Assembly: GCA_046292465.1 (NCBI GenBank)
Contig: JBKBRB010000006.1
Span: 5,520 to 69,519 of the forward strand
Reading direction: 5' to 3'
DNA length: 64,000 bases
DNA from: Chloroherpetonaceae bacterium
GTDB taxonomy: Bacteria > Bacteroidota > Chlorobiia > Chlorobiales > Thermochlorobacteraceae
The position numbers and the translations under genes are program-made. Every line of letters begins with the position of its first letter. Position 1 is the first letter of the stretch. Shown piece after piece: positions 52,268-61,886 of the stretch. Under the pieces are notes generated by a model, which worked only from the letters and a program-made list of their open reading frames with translations, ran no database searches and was not told where the DNA came from.

Positions 52268-53364
52268 CGCAGTTTTTTGCGGCGATTTTTGATGTAGTCG
52301 ACGAACATATATTCGCCCAAGTTATCTAACCCACTGAAATACGCCCGCCCTTGATTGGCTTGTGTCAGTTCATTGATAAAGCCTTGCAGATAGGGGTCGC
52401 TGGTAACCATAAAGGTTGTGATGGTGATTTTATCTTTGCGACACATGACGGCTTCGTCGAGCGTTTTGTTGACGATTTTCCTATCTAACCCAAACGAGTT
52501 TTTGTAAATCTTCGCGCCTTCGTTAATGGCGGAAGGTTTGCCGTCGGTAATCATGAAAATTTGCTTGTTCTGATTTTTCTTGCGCTTCAAGATTTGACGT
52601 GCGAGTGCAAGCCCTGCTTTGGTGTTGGTGTGATACGGTCCGACACTGATGAACGGCAAATCTTTGACTTCCACCTGCCACGCCTCGTCGCCAAACAGCA
52701 AGATATCAAGGCTGTCTTTGGGATAGCGCGTCAAAATGAGTTCTGAGAGTGCCATTGCGACTTTCTTTGCGGGCGTGATGCGGTCTTCGCCGTAAAGAAT
52801 CATCGAGTGCGAAATGTCAATCATCAACACGGTGGCGCAGGTGGTTTGATGCTCGGTTTCATAGACGCGAAAGTCATCTTCGGTAAGGCGAATTTCGTCT
52901 AAATCACTGTGTTTCAGCGCGTTTTGAAGCGTTTGCGTGAGGTCAAGATTTTGAAGCGCGTCGCCAAATTTCCAACTGCGCGTCTCGGGCGTGCGCTCTT
53001 CCGACATTCCCGACTTTGGAATTTTATGATTGCCAAACTGCGACTGCTTACGAAGCGATGAAAAAATTTCGTTGAGCGATTCTTCGCGAATTTTTTTCGT
53101 TGTTTTGCCTGTGATGTTGAAAGTGCCGTCGCGCGAGGGTTCTTCAAGGTAGCCTTCGCGTTTTAGGTATTCAATGAAATCGCCGATGCCAACTTCGTCG
53201 TCGCCTAAACCGTATTGTCGGTCCATTTCTGTGAGCCATTGCAAGGCTTGATTAGCGTCGCCGTTGGTGTAAATCAACAGTTGATTAAATACTTTGAGCA
53301 TCTTTTCAAGCGAGGATTGCGTTTTGGCGTGCCGCTCGTCCCATTTAGAAAATCGATAGTCCAT
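52264..53364 (-). CDS. vWA domain protein
   Basis: MIDAS 'MIDISHSM', 'YHTNT', 'MITDGKPS'. Confidence 0.87.
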   Translation of the reverse strand: MDYRFSKWDERHAKTQSSLEKMLKVFNQLLIYTNGDANQALQWLTEMDRQYGLGDDEVGIGDFIEYLKREGYLEEPSRDGTFNITGKTTKKIREESLNEIFSSLRKQSQFGNHKIPKSGMSEERTPETRSWKFGDALQNLDLTQTLQNALKHSDLDEIRLTEDDFRVYETEHQTTCATVLMIDISHSMILYGEDRITPAKKVAMALSELILTRYPKDSLDILLFGDEAWQVEVKDLPFISVGPYHTNTKAGLALARQILKRKKNQNKQIFMITDGKPSAINEGAKIYKNSFGLDRKIVNKTLDEAVMCRKDKITITTFMVTSDPYLQGFINELTQANQGRAYFSGLDNLGEYMFVDYIKNRRKKLR

Positions 53365-53453
53365 ATTTTCAGCGTGAATTGAGGTCGGTTATGCAAGTCA
53401 GAAACAGTTGAAAGTAAGAAAAAATTTGATACGGCAAACAGAAGAATTGCCGT

Positions 53454-54125
53454 TTAGAGCGAGAGGAGAAATTCGGTCAAGTTTGTTTTTTTGGGAAGCC
53501 TAAGTTTGCGGCGAAGATGTAAGCGATATGTCTCAACGCTACGCGGCGAAAGAAAAAGCAGTTGCGCGATTTCTTTGGTTGAGAGTTGAATTTTGAGAAG
53601 CACGCATAAGCGCAATTCGGTTTTGGTCAGTTCAGGAAATCGATTGGTAAGCACCTGAATGAAGTTTTGATGCACGCTCTCGAACTGTTGCTCGAAGAGC
53701 CGCCAACTTTTCTCGTCGGCTTTGGACTTCTCCAACTGCTCAATCAAGTTTGAAATTTCCTGATATACTTTTTCCGATGTGTTCCCCAAAACCGATTTTG
53801 AAAGCGTCATCAATTCCGCTTTCAACTTTTCGACGAGTTCGTTTTTTTGCACCAGCGTCATCGCCATTGAAACAATCTCTTGCTTTTTGTGCGCAAGCTC
53901 TTTTTCCGATTGTTCGGCTTTGAGGCGGAAGATTTCACGCTCTCGCGCCATTTCAGCGACTTGATGCACGATTTGCAGTTTTTTGGTTTTGGCGATTACT
54001 TCCTCGTTGAGCATTTCTTCGCGCACCTGTTGGTGAAGCCGTGCGTGGCAGAGTGCTTCGGTCAAGTTGCCTGTTCGTTCGAATGCTCGCGAAAGTTCTC
54101 GGTTCACATCAGCCCGCCGCTCTAC
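53454..54125 (-). pseudogene. 5'-truncated TPR-LuxR-type regulator remnant
   Basis: One TPR-like helix pair 'ADVNRELSRAFERTGNLTEAL', coiled coil, LuxR HTH 'LTKTELRLC.LLKIQLSTKEIA.LL.LSPRSVETYR..LRRKL'; no native start. Confidence 0.7.
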
Positions 54126-54544
54126 TTTGTTTATAGCCTTGCGGCGTATAACAACAGCCTCTTCGTGGGCGGAGGGTTTACGAATGCGGGCGGCAGTTCT
54201 GCCAATCGCATTGCGCAATGGACGGCAACCTCTTCCAGCACGCAAGACCAAACCCGCAATCAGCCCAAAGGCTATGCACTTGAGCAAAACTATCCGAACC
54301 CGTTCAACCCGACGACCGTCATTAGTTATCAACTCCCAACCGCCAGCAATGTGTCGCTGAAAGTCTATGATGTGCTCGGCAAGGAAGTGATGACGCTCGT
54401 GAGCGGTCGGCAAGCGGCAGGGTCATACACCTACACTTTGAACGCAAGCAATTTGGCAAGCGGCGTGTATTTTTACAAGCAGGAAGCGCGACAAGTGGCG
54501 CGTCCTCGTTTGTGCAAACGAAAAAAATGATGCTGGTCAAGTAA
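54126..54544 (+). pseudogene. 5'-truncated, frameshifted T9SS-cargo gene remnant
   Basis: One repeat 'VYSLAAYNNSLFVGGGFTNAGG..ANRIAQW'; CTD 'LEQNYPNPFNPTT.ISY.L...V.LKVYDVLG.EV'; canonical end 'FVQTKKMMLVK*' lies in another frame after about 54490. Confidence 0.8.
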
Positions 54545-54633
54545 TGAATAATGAATAGTGAGAGTAGTGAAGAATGAAGAGTGAAGAATTGCGCGCTTCC
54601 CGTTATTCATTACTCATTACTCACTACTCATTA
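54542..54633. repeat. Imperfect inverted repeat built of heptamer units
   Basis: aatgaat/aatgaat/agtgaga/agtgaag... versus ttattca/ttactca/ttactca/ctactca. Confidence 0.75.
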
Positions 54634-54679
54634 AAGAGTTTTTTTCTCGCTGGTTGTTCTTTGTTGTCTCTTAGGTGAG

Positions 54680-54717
54680 GAGCGTCTCTGCTGGAAACGG
54701 CGGGACGCTCTTTTTTT
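54680..54717 (+). terminator. Rho-independent terminator
   Basis: gagcgtctctgctg-GAAA-cggcgggacgctc followed by T7. Confidence 0.8.
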
Positions 54718-55909
54718 ACAAGACGCGCACTGTTTTTTCGCCATCGGCAAAGCGAATGACAATCGTATCCCCTGATTGAATTTCCTGTGCGGAGCGCACC
54801 ACACGTCCATCTTTGAACACGATGCTGAATCCGCGCCGAAGCGTTTGCTCGTAGCTTAGCGCGTCGAGACGGTGCGTCAAGTTTGAGAGCATTGATGCCG
54901 TGCGTTCTATTTTTTGCCGCATGCCGAAGTCGAGCCGCTCGCTCAATCGGTCGAGGGTTTGCAAGAGCGCGTGCATATCGCTGACCGGCTTATTGAAGGC
55001 ATAACTTCCAACAATCTCTCTAACAAGTATGCGTTGCTCTTCCACGCGATTCATTAAGCCACGTTGCAAAGTTTGAAGCGTTGCGTGAATTGAGTTCAGA
55101 ATATCAGTTGAAAGCGGGGCAATAAGTTCTGCCGCCATTGAAGGCGTTGCGGCACGAACATCGGCGACGAAATCGCAAATCGTGAAGTCGGTTTGATGCC
55201 CAACCGCGCTCACTGTCGGAATTTTTGACGCAAATACAGCGCGCGCCACGCGCTCATCGTTGAACGCCCACAAGTCCTCGAGCGAGCCGCCACCGCGCCC
55301 AATAATAAGCACATCGACTTGGTGCGCCGGATTTTTGGTGCGATTGAAATACCGAATCGCCTCGACGATTTCTTCGGGCGCACCCTCGCCTTGAACGCGC
55401 ACAGGATAAAGCACAATTTGTGCCGCTGGGTATCGCCGTCCCAAGACCGAACAAATATCTTGAATCACTGCGCCTGTTGGCGAAGTAACCACGCCAATCG
55501 TTTCAGGCAAGCGCGGCAAGGGCTTTTTGTGCTCGTGCAGAAATAATCCTTCTTTCTCCAACTTTTTAACTAACAGTTCAAAGGCTTTCTGCAAATCGCC
55601 CTCGCCAACGGCTTTGACTTGATTGCCAATGAGTTGATACTTCCCCTGCGGCGCATAGACTTCCACCTTGCCACGAATGAGCACTTCAAGCCCATCGCTT
55701 AGTGCAAACGCAAGTCGCTCGGCGGTCGCGCGCCAAATGACAGCGGGAATTTGCGCCTCTGAATCTTTGAGTGTGAAGTAAAGATGCCCTGATGTGGCTT
55801 TCTTGAAATTTGAAATTTCACCCCGAAGCCACAGTTCAGGAAATTGCGTTTCGAGATGTTCTTTAATTTCCGCCGTGAGTTCGCTAACTGAATAAATGCC
55901 GTCTGCCAT
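54716..55909 (-). CDS. xseA: Exodeoxyribonuclease VII large subunit
   Basis: 'W.RGEISNF...SGH.YFTLKD', 'VTSPTGA', 'RGGGS.EDLW.FN', 'SAVGHQTD.T..D.VAD.RAATPS'. Confidence 0.95.
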   Translation of the reverse strand: MADGIYSVSELTAEIKEHLETQFPELWLRGEISNFKKATSGHLYFTLKDSEAQIPAVIWRATAERLAFALSDGLEVLIRGKVEVYAPQGKYQLIGNQVKAVGEGDLQKAFELLVKKLEKEGLFLHEHKKPLPRLPETIGVVTSPTGAVIQDICSVLGRRYPAAQIVLYPVRVQGEGAPEEIVEAIRYFNRTKNPAHQVDVLIIGRGGGSLEDLWAFNDERVARAVFASKIPTVSAVGHQTDFTICDFVADVRAATPSMAAELIAPLSTDILNSIHATLQTLQRGLMNRVEEQRILVREIVGSYAFNKPVSDMHALLQTLDRLSERLDFGMRQKIERTASMLSNLTHRLDALSYEQTLRRGFSIVFKDGRVVRSAQEIQSGDTIVIRFADGEKTVRVL

Positions 55910-55935
55910 TTGGAGAAAAGTTTTTATGTAGACGG

Positions 55936-56367
55936 TCAAGTTAGGAAAAAATGGCGATGATGAAATCGTGAAAAGCGAAACGCACCGGAACGTTCAACAA
56001 CAAAGAACAAACAAGTTCTGCTTACAAGCCTGCGACGCCGAAAGAGCGAATAGACGCCGAACATGAGCAGTTGATAAAGCCAATGCAGGTCGATGTAATC
56101 GTTGTTCGGGACGGTGTAGGTGTAGGCGTCTTTATCGGGGAATGCGCGATGTTGCCATATCCACTTGCCGCCGTGCAAGTGAAATCCGATGTCGATATCG
56201 ACCATCAATCGCAGCGCAAGTGAGATGAACAGAGACGCAATGGCAAGAAGTGGAATGAAGTAAATCGGCTTTCGAAATGTGGGAAGCGGAATCGGCGCGA
56301 GCGAAACTTCGGCGAGCGTCTTATTCGCCTTGTCCGTTTTTGCAGAAGGTTTTCTTCGCTTGCTCAT
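55936..56367 (-). pseudogene. Truncated polytopic membrane (glycosyltransferase-like) gene
   Basis: 'D.DIGFHL..G.WI.....FPDKD.YTYT....DYIDLHWLYQ' N-terminal motif, then frameshift/stop near 56045. Confidence 0.55.
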
Positions 56368-56384
56368 GGTTGAAACGCTGTTGC

Positions 56385-57830
56385 TCAGTCAAGCCGTCGC
56401 CAAGTCGCACCCTCTTTTGTGTCTTTAACTTCAATGCCAACTTCTTTCAGGCGTTCTCGAATCAAATCGCTTGTGGCAAAGTCTTTTTTCGCACGCGCGG
56501 CTTGGCGAATTTCTAATACTAATTTCATCACATTGGCGAGCAGGGTTGAATCGCCGCGCATTGTGGTTTGTGTTTCAGAGAGAATGCCGAGAATTTCTTT
56601 GCCATAGATGTTGAAAAAGTCTATCACCTTCGAGCGTGCCTCTTCTGAAAGCCCGTCTTTTGAAAGCGTTGTATTGACTTCGCGCGAAAGGTCAAAGAAA
56701 ATCGCAATCGCTTGTGGCGTGTTGAAGTCGTCGTTCATCGCGCTGTGCAGTTTCACTTTGTAGGGCTCAATATCCAGCGCGCTGTTTCCTGATGGCGATT
56801 GCAGAAGGCGATTGTAAGTTTCGTTGAGTTTCTCCAACCCATTTTTAGCGGCGGAAATTGCCTCGTCTGAAAAATCAAGCGTGGAGCGATAGTGCGACTG
56901 CAAGATGAAAAAGCGCAGTGCCGTTGGCGGATATTTTTTCAGCAAATCTTTGATGGTCGTAAAGTTGCCGAGCGATTTGCTCATCTTTTGACCATTGACG
57001 GTAACAAGGTTGTTGTGAATCCAATAGCGCACGAACGGTTTGCCGGTGGCAGATTCAGATTGCGCGATTTCGCACTCGTGATGCGGGAATTGGTTATCCA
57101 TTCCGCCGCCGTGAATATCAATCGTTTCGCCGAGATATTTCATCGACATTGCCGAGCACTCGATATGCCAGCCCGGAAAGCCCCAGCCCCACGGCGAGTT
57201 CCATTGCATGAGGTGTGTGGGGTCAGCTTTTTTCCAAAGCGCAAAGTCCGATGGATGTCGCTTTTCAGATTTGATTTCGACGCGCGTTCCCGATTCCATC
57301 TCGCTTTGATTGCGCCGCCCCGAAAGTTTGCCGTAGCCTTCAAACGAACTGACGCTGAAATAAACCGAGCCATTTGCTTCGTAGGCGTGTCCTTTTTCAA
57401 TGAGCGTTTTAATGAGTTCGATTTGTTCAGGAATATGCCCTGCCGCAGTCGGCGCAATGTTTGGGCGAGCGACACCGAGCGCGTCCATATCTTCGTAATA
57501 TGAGCGCGTGTAGGCTTGTGCAACTTCCATCGGCGAAACCTGCTCAATGCGTGCGGCTCTGAGAATTCTATCTTCGCCGTCGTTATCATCTCCAAGCAAA
57601 TGTCCGACATCGGTAATGTTTTGCACATAACGCACCTTGTAGCCTACATGCCGAAACCATTTGACCATCACATCAAACGAGACATAACTTTTCGCATGCC
57701 CAATGTGCGAGTGTCCATAAACCGTTGGACCGCACACATACATTGAAATAAAGCCTTCGCGAAGTGGAACGAACTTTTCTTTTTGTCGCGTGAGGGTGTT
57801 ATAGATGTAAATCTCGTCTTGAATCGCCAT
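56385..57830 (-). CDS. cysS: Cysteine--tRNA ligase
   Basis: 'YVCGPTVY..SHIGH', 'PGWHIEC', 'HGGG.D..FPHHE.E', 'KMSKS'. Confidence 0.98.
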   Translation of the reverse strand: MAIQDEIYIYNTLTRQKEKFVPLREGFISMYVCGPTVYGHSHIGHAKSYVSFDVMVKWFRHVGYKVRYVQNITDVGHLLGDDNDGEDRILRAARIEQVSPMEVAQAYTRSYYEDMDALGVARPNIAPTAAGHIPEQIELIKTLIEKGHAYEANGSVYFSVSSFEGYGKLSGRRNQSEMESGTRVEIKSEKRHPSDFALWKKADPTHLMQWNSPWGWGFPGWHIECSAMSMKYLGETIDIHGGGMDNQFPHHECEIAQSESATGKPFVRYWIHNNLVTVNGQKMSKSLGNFTTIKDLLKKYPPTALRFFILQSHYRSTLDFSDEAISAAKNGLEKLNETYNRLLQSPSGNSALDIEPYKVKLHSAMNDDFNTPQAIAIFFDLSREVNTTLSKDGLSEEARSKVIDFFNIYGKEILGILSETQTTMRGDSTLLANVMKLVLEIRQAARAKKDFATSDLIRERLKEVGIEVKDTKEGATWRRLD

Positions 57831-57848
57831 TGTTGAAACCTGTTGTAG

Positions 57849-59180
57849 TTACCTGCCGTCGCCAAGCAAGACGATTTTGTCGCGATGCTCCGTTGCGTGT
57901 TTGAGCGCGTTGCGTGTATCGATAATGCGCTTTGAGCATTTGAGAATCAAGTCGTAATCAAATTTTGCGTGGTCGGTTGTAATGACGACGAGGTCAGCAG
58001 ATTCGAGCGTTTCCGCCGTGAGCGGTGTTTCGTGCATTTCAATCACAGCGTTGCCGATGCCGTGTTCTTTGAAGTGCGGCACGTGCGGGTCGCAGTATTG
58101 AATGTTTCGAGCACCTTCTTTTTGCAAGAGTTCAATGACCTTAATCGCGGGCGAATGTCGTATGTCGTCGACATTTTTTTTGAATGCGACGCCGAGAAAG
58201 AGAATTTTCGCCTCGCTGAACGCAATCGGAAGTTTGGCAATTTCTTTCATCACGAGGTCGCGCACGTAGAAGGGCATGTTCTCGTTGGTTTCCGCCGCAA
58301 GCGTAATGAACTTCGTTTGAAAGTCATATTCGCGTGCTTGCCAAGCGAGGTAATAGGGGTCAATCAAAATGCAATGCCCGCCGATTCCTGGACCGGGATA
58401 AAACGGCATAAAGCCAAATGGCTTTGTCGATGCCGCCTCAATCACTTCCCAAATGTTGATACCGCCCATTCTATCGCACAACATAGCAAGTTCATTGACT
58501 AACGCGATATTGACGCTTCGGAAAATGTTCTCCAACAACTTTTCCATCTCCGCCACTTTCGGCGATGAAACCTTATGAACCTTTGCAATCACTTGTTCAT
58601 TGGTGAGCGCGGCAAGGTCGGTGCAAAGCGGCGTAACGCCACCAACAACGATGGGCGTATTGCTCGTGTTCCACTTCGTATTGCCTGGGTCTATGCGTTC
58701 AGGCGAAAAGGCGAGATAGAAATCCTTTCCGACTTTCAATCCTGTTTTCTCGAGAATTGGCAACACATAGCCTTCGGTTGTGTTCGGAAAGGTCGTGGAT
58801 TTGAGAATAATCAGTTGCTCTTTGCGCAAGTGTTTGGCAATGGATTCCGTTGCCGATGTGATAAACGAAATGTCGGGCTCTTTATTCGCTGTGAAGGGCG
58901 TTGGCACACAGATGTAAATGGCATCGCAAAGCCCTGCGTGGTCGTAATTATCCATTGCTTTGAAGCCGTTGTCGAGGGCTTCTTTAAACTCGTGCTCTTT
59001 GATGTCTTGAATATAATTTCTGCCCGCGTTGAGACTCTCGATTTTGCGTTTATCTAAATCAATACCAATCGTCTTGAAGCCTTTGCGCGCAAATTCAACA
59101 GCAAGGGGCAAGCCGACGTAGCCCAGCCCGACAACGCCAATGACGGCGGATTTTTTTTCAAGTTTTTCTTTGAGCGACAT
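57849..59180 (-). CDS. UDP-N-acetylhexosamine/nucleotide-sugar dehydrogenase
   Basis: 'GLGYVGLP', 'ICVPTP', 'FSPERIDPG', 'GPGIGGHC', 'AFKKNVDD.R.SP'. Confidence 0.92.
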   Translation of the reverse strand: MSLKEKLEKKSAVIGVVGLGYVGLPLAVEFARKGFKTIGIDLDKRKIESLNAGRNYIQDIKEHEFKEALDNGFKAMDNYDHAGLCDAIYICVPTPFTANKEPDISFITSATESIAKHLRKEQLIILKSTTFPNTTEGYVLPILEKTGLKVGKDFYLAFSPERIDPGNTKWNTSNTPIVVGGVTPLCTDLAALTNEQVIAKVHKVSSPKVAEMEKLLENIFRSVNIALVNELAMLCDRMGGINIWEVIEAASTKPFGFMPFYPGPGIGGHCILIDPYYLAWQAREYDFQTKFITLAAETNENMPFYVRDLVMKEIAKLPIAFSEAKILFLGVAFKKNVDDIRHSPAIKVIELLQKEGARNIQYCDPHVPHFKEHGIGNAVIEMHETPLTAETLESADLVVITTDHAKFDYDLILKCSKRIIDTRNALKHATEHRDKIVLLGDGR

Positions 59181-59196
59181 TCGTTGAGCGTTGAGT

Positions 59197-60282
59197 TTAA
59201 TTCAAACTTGGATTTTGAATCGATTGCTTGTGATACTTCGTGCTTTCCGTTTTCACAAAGTCGATGAGTGCTCTTAGGTGAGAAGGGTTTGTTTCAGGCA
59301 AGATGCCATGTCCGAGATTAAAAATGTGTCCCGATTGTTCGGAGTGTTCGCCGAACTTACGCAGAATTTGCGCCGCTTCTTCGCGGATTCGTTCAGGCGA
59401 GGCAAAGAGCATAATCGGGTCTAAATTGCCTTGAATTGCCACCCTATCTGAAAGTTGCCAACGCGCTTTGCCAATATCCACTGTCCAATCGAGCCCAACC
59501 GCATCGCACCCTGTTTCGGCAATTTCTTTGAGCATGCCGCTTGCGCCTTTGGCAAAGACAATGACGGGCGTTTTCGGGTGTTTGAGTTTAATGGTTTGAA
59601 CCGTCTCGTGAATGTATTGAAGCGAAAATTCTTTGTAATGCTCTTCGGAAAGTAATCCTGCCCAAGTATCGAAAATTTGAACAGCGTCTGCCCCTGCTTC
59701 AATTTGAAGGAGCAAATACTCGCTGACAACTTTCGTGAGTTTTTTCAGAAAGGCGTGCGCGTCTTTGGGCTGTTCAAAGAGCATTTGTTTAGCGTGTCGG
59801 AAGTCTTTACTGCCTTTGCCTTCGACGGCGTAAGCGAAAAGTGTCCAAGCCGCACCGCTGAATCCGATAATCGGCACACGGAGCGCGAGTTCGCGTTTGG
59901 TTAAACGAATTGCATCTTCGACATAGCGCAAGGCTTCTGAGACATCAGGCGTGATTAACTTTTCAATTTCAACGCGCGAGCGAATCGGATTCGGAAATTT
60001 CGGACCTTGTGATTCAATCAGTTCTAACTTCATGCCCATCGCTTCTGGCACCACGAGAATATCGGAAAAAATAATCGCCGCATCGACATCCATAATCTCG
60101 ACGGGCTGAATGGTTACTTCCGCCGCAAGTTCGGGCGTTTTGCAAAGCGTGAGAAAGTCGGTTTTGCGCCGCACCTCTCTGTATTCAGGAAGATAGCGAC
60201 CTGCTTGACGCATAATCCAAATTGGTGTTCGGTGGCAAGGCTCGCGGCGCAAGGCGCGAAGCAATAAATCGTTACGAAGCAT
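59197..60282 (-). CDS. hemE: Uroporphyrinogen decarboxylase
   Basis: 'WIMRQAGRYLPEY', 'FSDILV', 'QIFDTW', 'QGNLDP', 'NLGHGI'. Confidence 0.97.
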   Translation of the reverse strand: MLRNDLLLRALRREPCHRTPIWIMRQAGRYLPEYREVRRKTDFLTLCKTPELAAEVTIQPVEIMDVDAAIIFSDILVVPEAMGMKLELIESQGPKFPNPIRSRVEIEKLITPDVSEALRYVEDAIRLTKRELALRVPIIGFSGAAWTLFAYAVEGKGSKDFRHAKQMLFEQPKDAHAFLKKLTKVVSEYLLLQIEAGADAVQIFDTWAGLLSEEHYKEFSLQYIHETVQTIKLKHPKTPVIVFAKGASGMLKEIAETGCDAVGLDWTVDIGKARWQLSDRVAIQGNLDPIMLFASPERIREEAAQILRKFGEHSEQSGHIFNLGHGILPETNPSHLRALIDFVKTESTKYHKQSIQNPSLN

Positions 60283-60366
60283 GTTTCTACAATCAGGATT
60301 TTCGAGTCGGTGAAAATAAAAAAGGAACGGCGAAAATCCGTTCCTTCAAACATTCGGTTTCATCGT

Positions 60367-60912
60367 TCAGTTAAGCGAAACTTGTCGAAGTTCTTCTTTC
60401 AAGCGTTCCAGTTTGTGTTTAACACTGCCGTCGATAACCGTATCGCCGATACGCGCTGTAAATCCGCCAATCAACGATGGGTTAATTTTATTTTCAATGC
60501 GAATTTTCTTTCCTGAAACCGCCTCCAATTTTTGAGCGATGGCTTGCTTTTCAGGCTCGCTAAGCCACACTACACTCTCAACTTGTGCCAGCACAATACC
60601 ACTTTGTTCATCAAGAATGTCTTCAAACGCTTTCATCACATCCGGAATAATTGAGGCGCGTCCTTTTTTCACCAGAAGCATTAGCGCATCTTCGAGTGGT
60701 TTCCCTACCTTTCCTGAGAAAACCGCTTTCAGAAGCGTTGTTTTCTTTTCTTGATTGATGATAGGGCTTTTCACTGCATTCAAGAGTTCTTTCGAGTTCT
60801 TAAGCGTTGAGGCAATGAGGTTGCAATCTTTGGCGAAATCCGAGACTTTGTTTTGCGCTTTGGCGATTTCGTATAGTGCAATGGCGTAGCGTCGTCCGAC
60901 TAATGCGCTCAT
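60367..60912 (-). CDS. atpH: ATP synthase F1 subunit delta
   Basis: 'VGRRYA.AL', 'NP.LIGG...RIGD.VIDGSV..KL..L'. Confidence 0.95.
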   Translation of the reverse strand: MSALVGRRYAIALYEIAKAQNKVSDFAKDCNLIASTLKNSKELLNAVKSPIINQEKKTTLLKAVFSGKVGKPLEDALMLLVKKGRASIIPDVMKAFEDILDEQSGIVLAQVESVVWLSEPEKQAIAQKLEAVSGKKIRIENKINPSLIGGFTARIGDTVIDGSVKHKLERLKEELRQVSLN

Positions 60913-60918
60913 GTGTTT

Positions 60919-61449
60919 TTACTTTTCAACAGTTTCAAGTTCGTTAATCACGCCTGCGATGAGTTCCTTGTGGCGTTCTGCATCTAAATTGTGCTGAATA
61001 ATTTTTGAGGCGGCTTCGATGGCTAAATCGACGACAGTATTTTTGAGTTCAATCATTGCGCGTTGTTTAGCGAGTTCGATATCGGCTTTGGCGTCTTCAG
61101 CCACTTTGCGCGCTTCAGCGTTGGCTTTTTCCAAGATTTCCGCACGAACCTTTTCGGCATATACTTTGGCGTCACTCACGATTTTATCGGCTTCAACTTG
61201 TGCTTTGGCACGCTCGGCTTTGACTTCGGCTAAAATTTTTTCGGCTTCTCTCTTTGCCTCTTCAGCACGGTTGATGGACGATTGGATATTGTTCTCGCGC
61301 TCGTTGAGGGCTTCGACAATTGGCTTCCAAGCGACTTTGGAGAGAACGAAAACAAGCAACAAGAAAGTAATCGCTGTCCAGAAAATCAGCCCAGGGTTCG
61401 GACTTAACAAGCCTCCCGATAATATCAAGGTAGAAACCATGGTTAGCAT
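60919..61449 (-). CDS. atpF: ATP synthase F0 subunit b
   Basis: 'PNPGLIFWT..TF.LL..VL.K.AW.PI...L.ERE' then coiled coil. Confidence 0.95.
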   Translation of the reverse strand: MLTMVSTLILSGGLLSPNPGLIFWTAITFLLLVFVLSKVAWKPIVEALNERENNIQSSINRAEEAKREAEKILAEVKAERAKAQVEADKIVSDAKVYAEKVRAEILEKANAEARKVAEDAKADIELAKQRAMIELKNTVVDLAIEAASKIIQHNLDAERHKELIAGVINELETVEK

Positions 61450-61588
61450 TAACAGTTTGAGATTCAGAGTTCAACAAACGCCTTTGGCACTTTCGCTATG
61501 CACTTCGGACGAACGGTTTTTCACAACCGAGACGAGGGCGCAATGCATTTGTGCACTACGCCCTTATTCAAGCATCGTTTTTCAAGGG

Positions 61589-61816
61589 TTACTTTGTCGC
61601 TAAAAGTAGGCAGACGACCAGCGCAATAACTGCTGCACCTTCAATGAGCCCTGCAGCAATCAGCATCGTTGCGCGAATGTCGCCAGTGGCTTGCGGCTGG
61701 CGTGCGATACCTTCAACGGCGGATCCTGCCGCTCTGCCAATTCCGATGCCTGCACCAATCGCGGCGATTCCCGCTCCCAACCCCGCGCCCAAAAAGGCGA
61801 GTGCTTCATTTCCCAT
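61589..61816 (-). CDS. atpE: ATP synthase F0 subunit c
   Basis: GxGxGxGxG motif, 'IARQP', 'LIEG'; RBS GGAGG. Confidence 0.97.
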   Translation of the reverse strand: MGNEALAFLGAGLGAGIAAIGAGIGIGRAAGSAVEGIARQPQATGDIRATMLIAAGLIEGAAVIALVVCLLLATK

Positions 61817-61886
61817 TTTAATTTATTCCTCCAAAAAAGTGTTATGTAAAAAATGAGTGAAAAATCGATTTTTGATGCTCTATCCC

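Noticed and set aside
50184-53364. bchI/bchD magnesium chelatase
   Set aside because: The AAA protein lacks BchI signatures and the vWA protein is separate; it matches the widespread non-photosynthetic AAA/vWA pair
53454-54413. Intact 319-aa regulator as given by the ORF track
   Set aside because: Its first ~95 aa are the antisense reading of the T9SS remnant
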